From: Lama guanicoe
Taxonomy: Eukaryota
Assembly: GCA_013239625.1 (NCBI GenBank)
Contig: MU053557.1
Coordinates: forward strand, 3,936,123-4,000,122
Length of the DNA stretch: 64,000 nt
Direction of reading: 5' to 3'
Part shown: piece by piece, positions 1 to 11,534 of the stretch
How positions within the stretch are numbered: the first letter of the stretch is position 1
Layout: the number at the start of each line of letters is the position of its first letter
Program-made: the position numbers and the translations under genes
The notes under the pieces: model-generated
What the model was told of the DNA's origin: nothing
The model's database searches: none
Seen by the model: the letters and a program-made list of their open reading frames with translations, nothing else

Positions 1-800
1 CCTGCACGTGAGGCAGTGAGGAGAGGCTGTGCTCCATTCCAGGAGCAGCAGGGCCCCTCGGAGCCCCCCACCCTGCCCAGGTCCTCCTGACCAGGGGCTC
101 CTCGACTCCTCCTGACTCAGCCTTGGAGCCCACCCAGGCCAGAGAGAAGATGGATTTCCCATTGTTTGAGTTGCTCTCTGTTAGAGAAGCCACTTTGGGG
201 ATTAACTGAGAGGAAACACCTATGTGAGAAAATGAGGTAGGAAGTAGCCAGGCTGGCTGAGCCTGGGACTTGCAGGCTCCCTCCTGGGGAGGGGACAGGA
301 AGGGAGGTGGGGTGATGTGTCCTGAATGCCATGGAGTTCAGGAGACCAAGTGGACCATCAGAGGAGTTTCTTCCTGGCAGGAAGTGCTCAATCTGAGGGA
401 TTTAAATTTCTGTAGTCAGGCTGGTTTCTTGCTCAGTCCTGCTCCCTGTAGCTCGGCGCTACACTGTGGAGATTATCATTCAGTGTCTGGACTTCTGAAT
501 TACATTCTATTGGTCACCAGACTGCCGTTAGTAAGTCATAATAATTAAATTAAGTTAAATTGATTCCTGCTTTTGCAGAATATCCTGGAGGGATATGTTG
601 AGAGGTGAAATCAAAAGTACTTTTAGAAACGAGAACTTCAGGGAAAGGTACAGGTGTGTTTTCTGTGGCTTTTACAGAGAGAGCACAGTTATTTCCCATT
701 TACACTGTGTCTAGACTATCGGAAGCATGGGTGTTCCTCTCATTTTGTGGTGGTTTCTTCATTATTTTGGAAGAGTCAGTATTTAGTCTTGTGTTCTTAC

Positions 801-2906
801 AGCTTTTCACTGCAGAAAACGCATCTGTTGGAATAAGTTTGGCCATTGGTTGCACAGACTGGATCCATTTCTCTGGTGCAATAATGTAATTGATCCACAT
901 ACACATCACAGTTTGGCTATTAAAGAGACAACAAAATTTTTCAGATAATGAATTTTTGGAATAAAATGTTCTTTGTTCTTAATACAGTATGCTATGCATC
1001 AAAATGGAATGTATCCCTACATTGAGGTTTAAAAATAAACATCAAGGTACTTACATAATGCTTAGGAAAAAATTATTGATATATTTTTACAACTCCAATG
1101 TTATTTTTTTATAGAAATGGCTGAATGCTCTTTTATAATTTAGCCTCTCTGCCCCTACTTCTCCTCATATCTGGGTCAGATTTTCCCCATTATCTCAGAA
1201 GAAATCATAACCCTGAATTGGTTATAATTCCCCTGTCTCATTAGTTCCACTAGTAGATAAACTGATAGTTTCCGATTATCACCACATATGTATGTATTCA
1301 TATATGTGAGTATGTGTGTTTATAACCATGGACATATATATGGAATTTGTTTAGTGATGGCAGTAATTGCACACATAATTGTGTGTATTCTTATGTGGCC
1401 TGCTCTTTAAATGTCTTTTGATACCACTATCTATTTAGATGTTTATAACTGAAGGTGGTACTCTTCACCTCCATATTTCAGTCTGTGAGTATATGAAAAC
1501 TATTATATTTTATTCGTGTATGAAGAAATTAGCTTTTTTAAACCCTCTTGTTTTGCTAGGATAAGCAAATCTACTTTAAACCCCCTTTAACAAATCTTTT
1601 CGGATGCTTGTCTAAAACAAAGTTTATGCCCAATAATAAACTTTTGAATAATGGGATTTTTTACCTTGTCTGAAATGACAAATGGTTGTATATGGCTGCA
1701 AGATTCCATTTCTAGAACTTAGTATAATAATACTTTTTTTCTTACTTTTTGAAGGATTATTCTGTTGTATATTTGATAAAATTTGCTGTTAAAACTTAAA
1801 AAAAATTTAAAGTTTACCTTTTTCAATTTCCAAATTAATCAGTATAAACTTACCTTTTCACGTGTGTCTGCTGAAGGTGCAAAACCAGTTTCTGCAGCCA
1901 AGACACAAAAGGAAAATTTAAAAGAGGAAGAAGAGGGGAAAACAATCAGTCTTTGGTGGGAAGTACCTGTATCTTTCAGCAGCAAAGTACTATGTAAATT
2001 GCCTAGTGAAAATCCTGTAACTAAGGAAGCAAAGCTTTTTGGCAGTATCAAAACAGTAAGTTCACCATATATAACTCCAAATTTGGAAACAGAATTCGAA
2101 ATTCATCTCACTCTGTGAAAAGTAACTTTATGTATTGTTTACTGATTATGAAAACCTCCTGTGGAGATACTATAGTTTTTCTTTTTCTTTTTATAAATGA
2201 AACATACTAGTCAGAGAAGACAGTGCCTTGCTTAATGCCACTTAATATGTGTTGTATGCAATCACTTACTATGACAAAATTAGTACTCAATTAATTAGTA
2301 CTTAGCTCGAGAATCACGGATCTATCCAATACCTCACAGCTACTTTAGTTTGCAATTCATGGGCCACCTTGTGCTTTCAGATAGATAAGCTGTCAGCAGA
2401 GGAGTCAGTGAATTCTCTCCTTACACAAACCCTTGACTTTAGCAGACTCAGAGCTGGCAAACAACAAATCAGATTGTTGAGGAATACCAGATCTAGAAGA
2501 CAGCATTACTCCTGACTTTACTCTGTACTTAGCAACCAAAGAATCTGAAAAGGGGGAAAAATGAGGTAAATGTCTTTAGTCAAAAATGAACAAACAGCTA
2601 AGTTCTACTGCTCATTGTAACCCCCTTCTCTGTCTCCTCCTTTCTAAGGTGGGAAATGAGAAAAAGCAATCTACTGATGCAATTTTTTAAGAGGTACTTG
2701 GTAACAGGACCCATTCATTTTGCCAGTTTAAGTATTAGAATTTCAGCACATCAAGCTCCTCCATTCCTGGATAATAGCAGCTGTTCCTGCATTTTCTAAA
2801 ATGTGAATTGCTTCATCCAGGAATGGAAAATTGACTCACCAGAATAAAGAGGATATACCAAGGCAATGATGAAAATAGCTTTGATCCACGATGAAAATAG
2901 AGACAT
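801..2906 (-). CDS. Sperm-associated acrosin inhibitor-like Kazal (SPINK) gene, 3'-partial. Coding exons 2906-2840 (67 nt), 1891-1854 (38 nt), 916-801 (116 nt); final exon presumably left of position 1
   Basis: All three exons have canonical AG/GT sites and compatible phases (1, 0, 2). They splice to MSLFSSWIKAIFIIALVYPLYS-ETGFAPSADTREK-PNCDVYVDQLHYCTREMDPVCATNGQTYSNRCVFCSEKL: a signal peptide plus five Kazal cysteines, with P1 = Arg (CTREMDPVC). Closely resembles the porcine sperm-associated acrosin inhibitor as recalled (LCSETGFA...PDCDVY...CTREMDPICGTNGKSYANPCIFCSEKL). Confidence 0.88.
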
Positions 2907-3790
2907 TTTATCAAGTCTGTAGGAGAAACACACAGGAATGTTTATAACACACAGCACAAGGACAAACTGCTGATTTCCAAGTGTAAGTTCCTTACAGATA
3001 AATGAACTGCTCCACTCCCCTAAGTTCCTAATTACAGTGGACTGTTCCCTTTTTCCTTTTTTCCGACCCAGAGGATCAACAAGACATACATGTGAACCGA
3101 AGGCCTCACAGAGACTCGAAGGAAACACCAGGTAAGTCCTCTGCCCATTTAAGGAGCTGTTTACTCTCCCAGCCCCTGGCTCAGCCCACAAGGAACCTGG
3201 CTGCATTTAAAGAAATACACACTTTGGAATTTCAGATTTTCCTCAGAAAATAGTAAGTTAATTCAGGAAGGACTGATCTGGAGCAGTCCTCACAGCAGTG
3301 CGACACACCTGGGCTAATGCCATAGTCCCCAGCTGACCTACCTGAGATGGAGAAGACTGGAGAGTGAGGTCTCCGGCTCCAGTGGCTCTGCCTTCTTTGC
3401 TGCTCTCTCCTCCTCGGCGACCTCCCCCAGCTGAGGCGGCTCCCTTATGGGACTGTCGGTGAGGAGCCCTACGGGGTAAACCAGATGGCCCACAGCAGAT
3501 ACAACCCTGAGGTTTTTCTGTGTTCTGTGTCACAAAGATGTCTCAATAGATCATCTCTCAGCAGGAATTTGAGACAGTTTTATCAGATGAACACAGGTAT
3601 ACGAGGAAGGGAGAAGGTCACAATGTGTTTTGAAACCCTAAGATAGAGATGTGAAAACTTTCCCAGCTGCTGAGTTGAAAAGAAAGGAGAATCAAAACAA
3701 AAAAGAGAAGAGTTTGCAGAACTATAATCAGATGCAAAGTAGTAAACGTGTAGGTGTGTAACACTGGAAGCACATTAGCCTCAACTGGAG
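1770..3790. repeat. Old tandem segmental duplication, copy A
   Basis: Collinear diverged similarity to 4640-6965, e.g. tttttcaatttccaaat / cttttcaacttccaaat, atgggccacctt / atgggccacttt, cagagctg...aaatcagatt...ggaata...gatctaga, gagaatcaa...aagagtttg. Confidence 0.8.
3342..3450 (-). other. Probable non-coding first exon of the acrosin-inhibitor-like gene (5' boundary uncertain)
   Basis: The ATG exon is preceded by an acceptor (tttctcctacag, AG at 2918-2917), implying an upstream UTR exon. A donor CAG|GTAGGT at 3342/3341 is conserved in the duplicate copy (~6540). Confidence 0.45.
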
Positions 3791-3960
3791 ATTTGTTTTT
3801 TATTAAACTTTTCATTTTGAGATAAATGGAGAACTCATAAAGCTGTAAGCACTGCCACAGAGTTCTCATGTTCCTTTGAATCCATTTCCTCCAGTGGGAA
3901 CATCTTGTAAAATTACGGTACAAATTCACCACCAAGAATGTTCAAAAAGCTCCGAGATGA

Positions 3961-4021
3961 TGTGCTGTATGCTAGAAATTGACACAGCATTTTAAACTGA
4001 CTATACTTCAATTAAAAAAGA
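3961..4021 (+). mobile_element. Very short L1 3'-terminal insertion
   Basis: tgtgctgta...gaaattgacac...tgactatacttcaattaaaaaa tail flanked by a 17-bp TSD aaaaagctcc(g/c)agatga (3944-3960, 4022-4038). Confidence 0.8.
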
Positions 4022-4131
4022 AAAAAGCTCCCAGATGAGTGTCAGGTCAGGGCAGCCAGCTTTGGGAACTTAAGAACTTAAGATGAGAAAGAATGCTTGT
4101 TAGTTTCAGGTGCACAGCAAAGTGACTCAGG

Positions 4132-4636
4132 TACACATACATACATACATACACACATACATACATACATACATAATGGGTGGTAGGATGGGTAGGTAGA
4201 TGGATGGAAGGGTTGATAGGCAGGATAAAAGGGAGAGAGAGAGGAAAGGTAGGAAGAAAGAAAGAAGGAGAGAAGAAAAAAGAAATGTTGATGGGTAGGT
4301 AGGTTTGTGGGTTCATAGGTGGATGGATCGATGGGTGGGTGGCTGGTTAGGTAGGTTCGTGGGTTGGTGGATGGATGAAGGGTTGATAGGAAGGAAGGAA
4401 GGGAGAGATACAAAGAAAGGTGGGTGAGTGAATGCATGGATAGGTACGTAGGTAAAGGTGCATGGCTAGACAATTGGATAGGTAGGAAGAGAGAGGGAGG
4501 GAGAGGGGGAGAGAAAGAAAGAAAGGAGAAAGAAAGAAAGAAAAATGCGTAGGTAGGTGCATTCGTTGGTAGATGGATGGATCGGTTGATAGGAAGGAAG
4601 GAAGGGGGAGAGAGGGAGGGAGGGAGAGAAAGAAAA
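4132..4636. repeat. Composite microsatellite: (TACA)n followed by purine-rich (GGAT/GGTA/GGAA/GAAA)n
   Basis: Visible directly; the motif ggatgg...ggttgatagg recurs about three times (~4200, 4370, 4575). Confidence 0.9.
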
Positions 4637-4719
4637 CAAGTAATTTTGCTATGATTTTTAAAAATGAAAATTGTTAAAATTTTACTTTTCAACTTCCAAA
4701 TGAACCCGTAGTAACTTAC

Positions 4720-6094
4720 CCAATGCGTGAAACTTGATGTTTTTGTAAAAGCAGTTTCTGTAACTAAAGAACAGTAAAAACATAAGAAGCCCGTACATAT
4801 GTGGGTAGCATAAATCTATGTCAGTGACCTATTCAAGGAACTACAACTAATGAGGGAAGAATTTTGTGGTAGTAACAAAAATACAAATTCTCAAATATAT
4901 CCAAATCTTAGGAAAAAAAATCCCCAAATTAACTCTGTGAAAAATAGTATATATTATTTTTTTAATAACTCCTAATACCCTCCTTGAAAATACCAATTTA
5001 TTAAGCTTTGTAAAAGATATTTAGTTGTGATGAAAGTAGATGTCCTGGGTGACATTACTTAATTATGAAGCAATTCATACTTGATACAAATAAAATTTAC
5101 ATTAAGAATGGAGAAATATGAGGGTTGTTTTCAATACCTAACGGTCACTTTTTTCCTAACTGTATGGGCCACTTTGAACTTTATGATAACTGATCAACTG
5201 AGGTATGAAGGCCTTACAGAAAGGCCTTAATTTCAGGGGCTCAGAGCTGTTTATTGAAAAATCAGATTTTCAAGGAATATCCGATCTAGAGTAGATCATT
5301 CTTTCCCTACACTTGAATTTAACTACAATAGAATCTGGGCCCCAAAAGGAAAAAGAATTTAATTAAGCAAAGAGCAAAGGTCTATCGCCTATTCTAACCC
5401 ACCACATTGTTTTTGAGAAGGAAAAGCCGGGCTGGGCTAACAAGCTAACTCGTAAATTTAAATTAATAAATGTCGGTTTACTGATCTCAGTTCTGCTGGG
5501 CTAACTCGTAAATCTGAAGTTTAGTAAGTGTCGGTTTACTGGGCTAACAAGCTAACTTGTAAATCCAAGCTCAGCAAGTGTCAGTAACATGATCTGTTTC
5601 TACTAGATAAGTTCTAGTGTACTGATTCCCTGCTTTTGCTGTTTGTGCCTTATTGGCTAATAGCCCCATGCTTGTAATTAACCCTGTAAAACCCCACGCA
5701 CACGTCTTGGAGGTGCTCAGAGCTTCGGAGCAGAAGCCCCTCTGAACCCACCAGTGTAATAAATCTGAGTACTCCAACCCTCCAAGTAGTGCTTGTTTCT
5801 TGGCTGGCCTGTCGTTTCCATAACATTTCACCTTCTCTAATATGGGAGATGAGAAAAAGCAATTTAGTGATAAAGTATTTAAAAGGAATTTATAACAAGC
5901 CCTGTGTCATTTTACCAATGTCAGTATTACAAACTTAATAAAACCACCACTGATTTCTCAGGTACAGCAAACAGCTTCCTGTGTTTCTAGGATATATGAA
6001 GTTGTTCTACCCAGGACTGGAAAATTTACTCACCAGAATAAAAAGTAAAGGTCAAGATGATGAAGATCGCTTTGATCCATGGTAAGAGAGGCAT
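4720..6094 (-). other. Duplicated 5' module of the acrosin-inhibitor-like gene: signal-peptide exon 6094-6034 (61 nt) and linker exon 4757-4720 (38 nt); no Kazal exon of its own (partial paralogue, pseudogene, or alternative 5' exons)
   Basis: Splices to MPLLPWIKAIFIILTFTFYS-ETAFTKTSSFTHW. Frame is open, donors are intact (GTGAGT, GTAAGT) and the linker-exon acceptor is intact. The acceptor before the ATG exon reads CG instead of AG (6106-6105). Confidence 0.75.
5414..5825 (+). mobile_element. ERV1-class solo LTR, copy 1 of inverted pair
   Basis: TG...CA termini, internal repeats of ctgggctaac(aagctaac)tcgtaaat, AATAAA at 5758-5763; near-identical reverse complement of 7643-8052. Confidence 0.85.
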
Positions 6095-7043
6095 TTTTTC
6101 GAGTCGGTCAAAGAAACCCTTCAGAATGTTTGTAACAATGGCAAAGAGACACATGCCCATTTCAAGGGACAGGCAAATAAAACCCACAGCCTCAGAAAGT
6201 GTCTTATTTGCAGAGGAATTACTCCAACCCCTAGACCCCAAGTTAAGATGGACTGTCCCCTCTGCTGCTCCCCCAGCCCTATAATTCACAAGAAGTATCT
6301 TGTCATCAGAAGACCGCCCTAAAGTGTAAGAGAAAACTCATGAGAAGTGCTCTGTGAACATGAGAAGAAGCTGATTACTCTCCTAAACCTTTGAGTCAAC
6401 CTACGAGGAACCTGGCTGTATTCAGAGTAAACATGCACATCAGAATCTCCACGTTTTCTTATGAAAAACAGGAAAGGCTGTTTCTGGAAGGACGAATCTA
6501 CCCCCAGGGCTCGCTCCCTACGTGCCTCACTTGACCTACCTGACATAGAGGTTAACAGGCAGTGAAGCAACAGTGGCTGTCTTACCTTTCCTTCCCGGTC
6601 ATCCCCCTCTGTCCAGGTAAGTCATTCTTGCTGATTTACAAGGGAGGTGATACAGAGAGCTCAGGGCAGCCAAGAGGCAGAGATGCTCCGTGTCCTCCCT
6701 GCGGGATACACAAAGGTCAGGAGAGATGCGTCACAGGTACTTCACAATACGTCTTCCCTCAGCAGGAGGCCTGGGACAGTTTGATCTGATGAACCCAGAA
6801 GTATGAGGAGCAAAGAAGAAAATACGTGCAGTTACAGATTTTAAGATAGAGAAGATATGTAAAAACTTTCCAAGCATGAAAGTTGGAAAGGAACAAGAGA
6901 ATCAAGCAAGAAAAAGAAGAGTTTGGAAATGTTAATTCAACAAGGGCCTAAACCCTTGGAACTTTAAAAAAATATATCACTGTTTTCTAAAACATCTCCT
7001 ATACAAACTACCTATAAAGGAAAGGACGAAACTTGGTTCGAAG

Positions 7044-7460
7044 TGTTGGAGAGAAAAATTTTCTCCACCCTTCTAGGTTCTTCTGGCTGGTCCAAGAATT
7101 AAATTGACGTAAGATAGAGTGACAGGCCAAAATCAGATCTGATTATGTAACTGTGGGGAATCTGAGCATGAGAAATTCCAAAAACAGGCAAAATGAAATA
7201 GATACACACATACACAATCAGACACCGAGAAGGATTTGCTAGGTTCCTCCCTGTCTCCCACTCCTAGTTTATATTATACTCTAGGTACCTCTAGTGATAA
7301 CACCCTTCCTGGGACAGGTCCTCTGTCTAAATTCTTTTAGGTGGTTAGGGGGAAGGTCAAAGGTTCCTCCTGAGTCTTTTGTTTCTTAAAAAGTATCAAT
7401 CCAAAATAATCCTCATGCCAAAGAGATATATTTAGCAGTGGCAAATTTTGCCTCCTTACA
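7044..7460 (-). mobile_element. Older ERV1-type solo LTR (MER34-like by recollection)
   Basis: TG...CA termini; near-TSD gaag/aaag; minus strand begins tgtaaggaggcaaaatttgccac...tctttggcatgaggattatttt. Confidence 0.6.
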
Positions 7461-7642
7461 AAAGCAAATCTATTGAAGGCCAAGTTAGTGTTGTCCAATA
7501 AATTTTCATTCTAATGAATATATAGAATAGATGCTTGAGATGTTAAGTAAACAGGACTCTTTCATGCCAGCAAATGCTTATGAAGTCATTACCATGAACC
7601 TGACAGTAATTATGGTACACTGTTGTTTTCAAATACTAATTC

Positions 7643-8052
7643 TGTTACGGAAATGACAGGCCAGCCAAGAAACAAGCACCACTCGGAGGGTTGGAGTACT
7701 CAGATGTATTACGCCGGCGGGCTCAGAGGGGCTTCTGCTCTGAAGCTCTGAGCACCTCCAAGACGTGCACATGAGGTTTTATAGGGTTAATTACAAGTAT
7801 GGGGCTATTAGCCAATAAGGTTCAAACAACAAAAAGCAAGGAATCAGTACACTGGAGCTTATCAATTTGGAACAGATCACGTTACTGACACTTGTTGAGC
7901 TTGGATTTACGAGTTAGCTTGTTAGCCCAGTAAACTGACACTAAACTTTAGATTTACAAGTTAGCCCAGCAGAACTTATATCAGTAAACCGACACTTATC
8001 ACACTTAGATTTGTGACTTAGCTTGTTAGCCCAGCTGGGCTTTTCCTTCACA
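7643..8052 (-). mobile_element. ERV1-class solo LTR, copy 2 of inverted pair
   Basis: TG...CA termini, perfect 4-bp TSD ATTC (7639-7642, 8053-8056); minus strand carries ATTGG and CCTATAAAA (7785-7777). Confidence 0.88.
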
Positions 8053-10222
8053 ATTCTACATTTCTTTAGTAAAACACATTTTAAATGAGCATTTGGCCTT
8101 CCAGTTAAACCTAATTCTCATTGACCCAGAAGTGGAGAGGAATGGACCACTATCTACCATCTGCCCTAAAGTGGACGACTTAAGTTGTGGATGGCAGGAT
8201 CTCCTCCAGCCCAGATCGATCCATCTACCTTGGAACCATTATGGGAAAATAAATAAAATTATAAATGAAGGTGCTATACTCTTCTATGTCTGTTATATTA
8301 AGTTAGCCCGTATCCCAACAAATCCAGTGAACTTCAACCAAACTTGCCTAGGAACTGCATTTCTTTGAATGTTAATCACATCTATTAAGATGGTCTCAGT
8401 CTAATGATGGAGATGCTAATGACTGGGAATGCCTGAGGCCCTGAAAACTTGAGGCAGCCCCATTTCCAGTGAGTCAATACAGGGCTGGACTGGCCTTTGT
8501 AGTTCTTATGATTACAGGACACAATTCAGGAATCCAAAGTGGATTGTACTGTCTGTTTCTCCAGTTTACACTCCAGACTTGAGACCTGGCCTCGTGCAAT
8601 TTTATGTGCTCTTCAAATTAATCCGTATTTTGGCAGGGGGTGGGCAGGGAGATGTGTGAGGAGATCTGATTTAGCCAGGCGTCATTTTCCAAGAGGGATC
8701 AGGAAATCTTAATGTTAGTGCCTTTTTCTACCTGGCAAAACTAAAATTATGCTGGTACACAAAGGATCACTTAAGCTCTTGAAAACAAGGGAAAAGGAGC
8801 CCCAAGGAAGCAACAGGTAATTAGCAGCCAAAGGCCTCTGAATCTTAGCAGATAAAACTCCCTTTAGTTAGAGGGTGCAGGCATTTTTCTTTCCTCATAT
8901 GTTTAATTTATAAACTGCTTCTAAAGACACCGAAAAGGTTGGCACTAGTACTAAGCATATTTAAAGCCCTTCTAACTTATCTGTCCCTTCTCTTCACTTT
9001 TTTTCTTGTGATCCATATTCATTTCAACCTCCATCTCCTACCCCAGAAACCAGAAGGTTCCAACGTAACTTTGTGTCCATCATCAGCTGAACATGGTTCA
9101 TGGATATTCATGAATAAGTTGATTTCAGTTATACAAAATAATGTTGCATTTCTTCACATTCAAGTTTTACCATAAATAATAACCCCGTAATATAAGCAAT
9201 GAGGAGCCAATGGAAGCTCTGAGTAGGGCAACAGGATCAGATTTGTGTTTTAGAAATAGCATTCTTGAAATTCCTGTATATCAAGAGAATGGATAAATTT
9301 CCCTGCAAGTCAGAAAGACGGTATATCACATTAATGTATGAAAAGATTAATAAAAGACATTACTTTTACCAAATTTATGTGGCTCTAATCAAAATTCCAG
9401 TAGGGTTATGTCTTAGTGGACTAGACAGTGTCTCTATAGTACATCTGAGAAGACACTCTCAAAAATATGCAAGAACATAGTAAAAAAACAAAAACAAAAC
9501 CCAACAGCAACAACAAAACAATGGATGGATTTCTTCCTTTCATACATATTACTGAATACCTATCAAGTGATTAAAAAAAAACTTGCACTGCAGAACTGGG
9601 TAGATAGGGTCTTTTCCTTCATAGAACATGCAGTCTAATTACCTAGGAGGCATTTTTTGGAGACTGAGTGCTGACTGTGGAAAGAGGGAGACAGAAAAAT
9701 CAAAGACACTTCCAAGAAAGGCACAGGGCATCATACAAGATGATGATGGTACTGGGCTTAGAAGTTTATGGAAAGTAAACTAAAGGGAACATTCATTCTC
9801 TAAGATGAAAGAAAACAGAGAAAGTAAGTGAACGTAGGTTTAGGATTAAATGTACCTGTGTTTTAATCCTATCTCTGCCCATTTGTAGCTTTGTTAGTAG
9901 CTAGTTAGCTTCCACAAATGAATTTACTCCCCTAAGCCTCAGTTTCTTTTTCCCTTGTGCAAGTTTCAAAGTAGTTTAAACCTCATGGAATTATTGTGAG
10001 GAATAAATATGATGAGGAATGTAAACCACATAGTCAGGTACTGGCAATAAGGAAGGAATGGATGGATGTGTAGCTCCCTAGGTAAACTGAAACGGAGAGA
10101 AAGGTAAAAATAGACATAAAGGTATATGGTAAAATTTCCAGAATTACAAGGCAAAGGGAAAAAAAAGTGGAGCTAGTTCATCCTGAGGCTTCCCTACTCA
10201 GTAAAGAAGAGGTGAAGTTTCC

Positions 10223-10378
10223 ACAAACTTATGGTTTCCAAAGGGGGAGAGGAGGGATAAATTAGGAGTTTGGGATTAGCAGATACAAACTCCTATATAC
10301 AAAACAAACAGCAAGGTCCTACTGTAGAGCATAGGGAACTATATTCAATAGCTTGTAATAATCTATAATGAAAAAGAA

Positions 10379-10410
<32 letters not shown>

Positions 10411-10486
10411 TGTGTATAAATGAATCACTATGCTGTTACACTAGAAACTAACAAAACATTGTAAATCAACTATACTTAAATAAAAA
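10223..10486 (+). mobile_element. L1 3' UTR fragment with internal (TG)n
   Basis: cttatggtt...gggataaattaggagtttgggattagcagatac...gggaactatattcaata...tatacttaaataaaaaa; TSD-like aggtgaagttt on both sides. Confidence 0.8.
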
Positions 10487-11399
10487 AGAAGGTGAAGTTT
10501 TCTAAAGTAACGTAGTGGAGGTGTGATCAAATAGTTGAAATTGGACTTAAAAAAAAAAAGGAAAGGAAATGATATGGGGATGGGTGGCATGGGTAGCAAT
10601 ATGACATTAAATAAGAGGCCTCCTTAGGAGTCACAGAAGGCTTAAGTAAGTAGTAGTGATAGCAGGATTATAGAGTCCACTGAAGGAATTTGTTCTAGCC
10701 TAGCTCAACAACCAAGGTCTAGAGCAGGAAAATAGGATGCTGGATTTATCCCAGGTTGGAAGAAAGAGGGAAGAATAGAGAACAGGATGTCAAGAGAATA
10801 TGGTCATGCCAAGGCGCTAAAAATAAATGCCAGTCTATGGGACTCAGGCTGGGAAGAGAAGACAAGCAGCAAAAGGAGTACTAACGACTCTAGAGAGTTT
10901 AAAGTGTGTGAGAGAAATTTTCCAGACAGTGGCAAATTTTCAGGCTTGCCTATATTAAGGTGGATGGAAGGAAACAAATGAAGAAATTGGAAACCTAGGC
11001 AATGCAAAGATTATTGCTTGTGGTGCCGGAATGTCTCTGTCTGATGTCAGAAATCAAGCCAGAAAAATAAAATGGATAAACCTTTTGAGAAGTAAGATGG
11101 ACTAACTGACTTCTGGAGGCAGAGCAGACCAGGAAAATGAATCAGCCTTTCCTTGGTGAAATGTTCACCAGATCCTCTGGAATGAGGTAGGTAATTAATC
11201 TGCTTTGCAAATGACATTTGATATTTAGGATGCTAGTCCTTCTTGTTCTCATAATCTACAATCAAAACCCACAAGAACAGAACCTCCAGGTCTGTCCCTG
11301 CCTCCTGGAGCATGAAACATCAGAGGAGGTGGTTCAAGAGAGAGGTCAAAAGAGGAAACAGCCCTTAGAGCAATTTCTTGCCTATCTAGTGGTCATGCA

Positions 11400-11534
11400 A
11401 CTATTCAAGAAGGCTGCCTCCTCTGCTCAACATGCCCCTGGCCAGACTCTCATGGAACAACAACTTTGCTCAAGGCTAGCTGTGACCTCAGGATGACTAC
11501 AGAGAGGCTCACATTTTGCAGCGAGCTCATTCAG
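11400..11534 (+). other. SPINK13: Possible non-coding first exon of SPINK13 (start approximate)
   Basis: Donor CAG|GTAAAC at 11534/11535; the ATG exon has its own acceptor (tttcacag, exon start 12657), which implies an upstream UTR exon. Confidence 0.4.

Larger units (their letters stand above)
4640..6965. repeat. Old tandem segmental duplication, copy B (interrupted by an LTR at 5414-5825)
   Basis: Collinear with 1770-3790, including both exons and flanking intron and promoter sequence. Confidence 0.8.

Noticed and set aside
540..640. Possible final exon of the acrosin-inhibitor-like gene (acceptors near 585 and 635; FDF-like codons)
   Set aside because: Every phase-2 reading hits a stop without the terminal G-x-C motif.
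4047..4692. Long minus-strand ORFs (up to 204 aa)
   Set aside because: Low-complexity translations of the microsatellite.
5429..5570. Repeated ctgggctaac...gtaaat units resembling a repeat-spacer array
   Set aside because: These are LTR U3 tandem repeats; the intervening sequences are themselves similar and the DNA is mammalian, so this is not CRISPR.
5414..8052. The two similar LTRs as ends of one provirus or terminal inverted repeats of a DNA transposon
   Set aside because: They are inverted, the right copy has its own TSD, and the interior is host duplicated sequence with no gag, pol or transposase.
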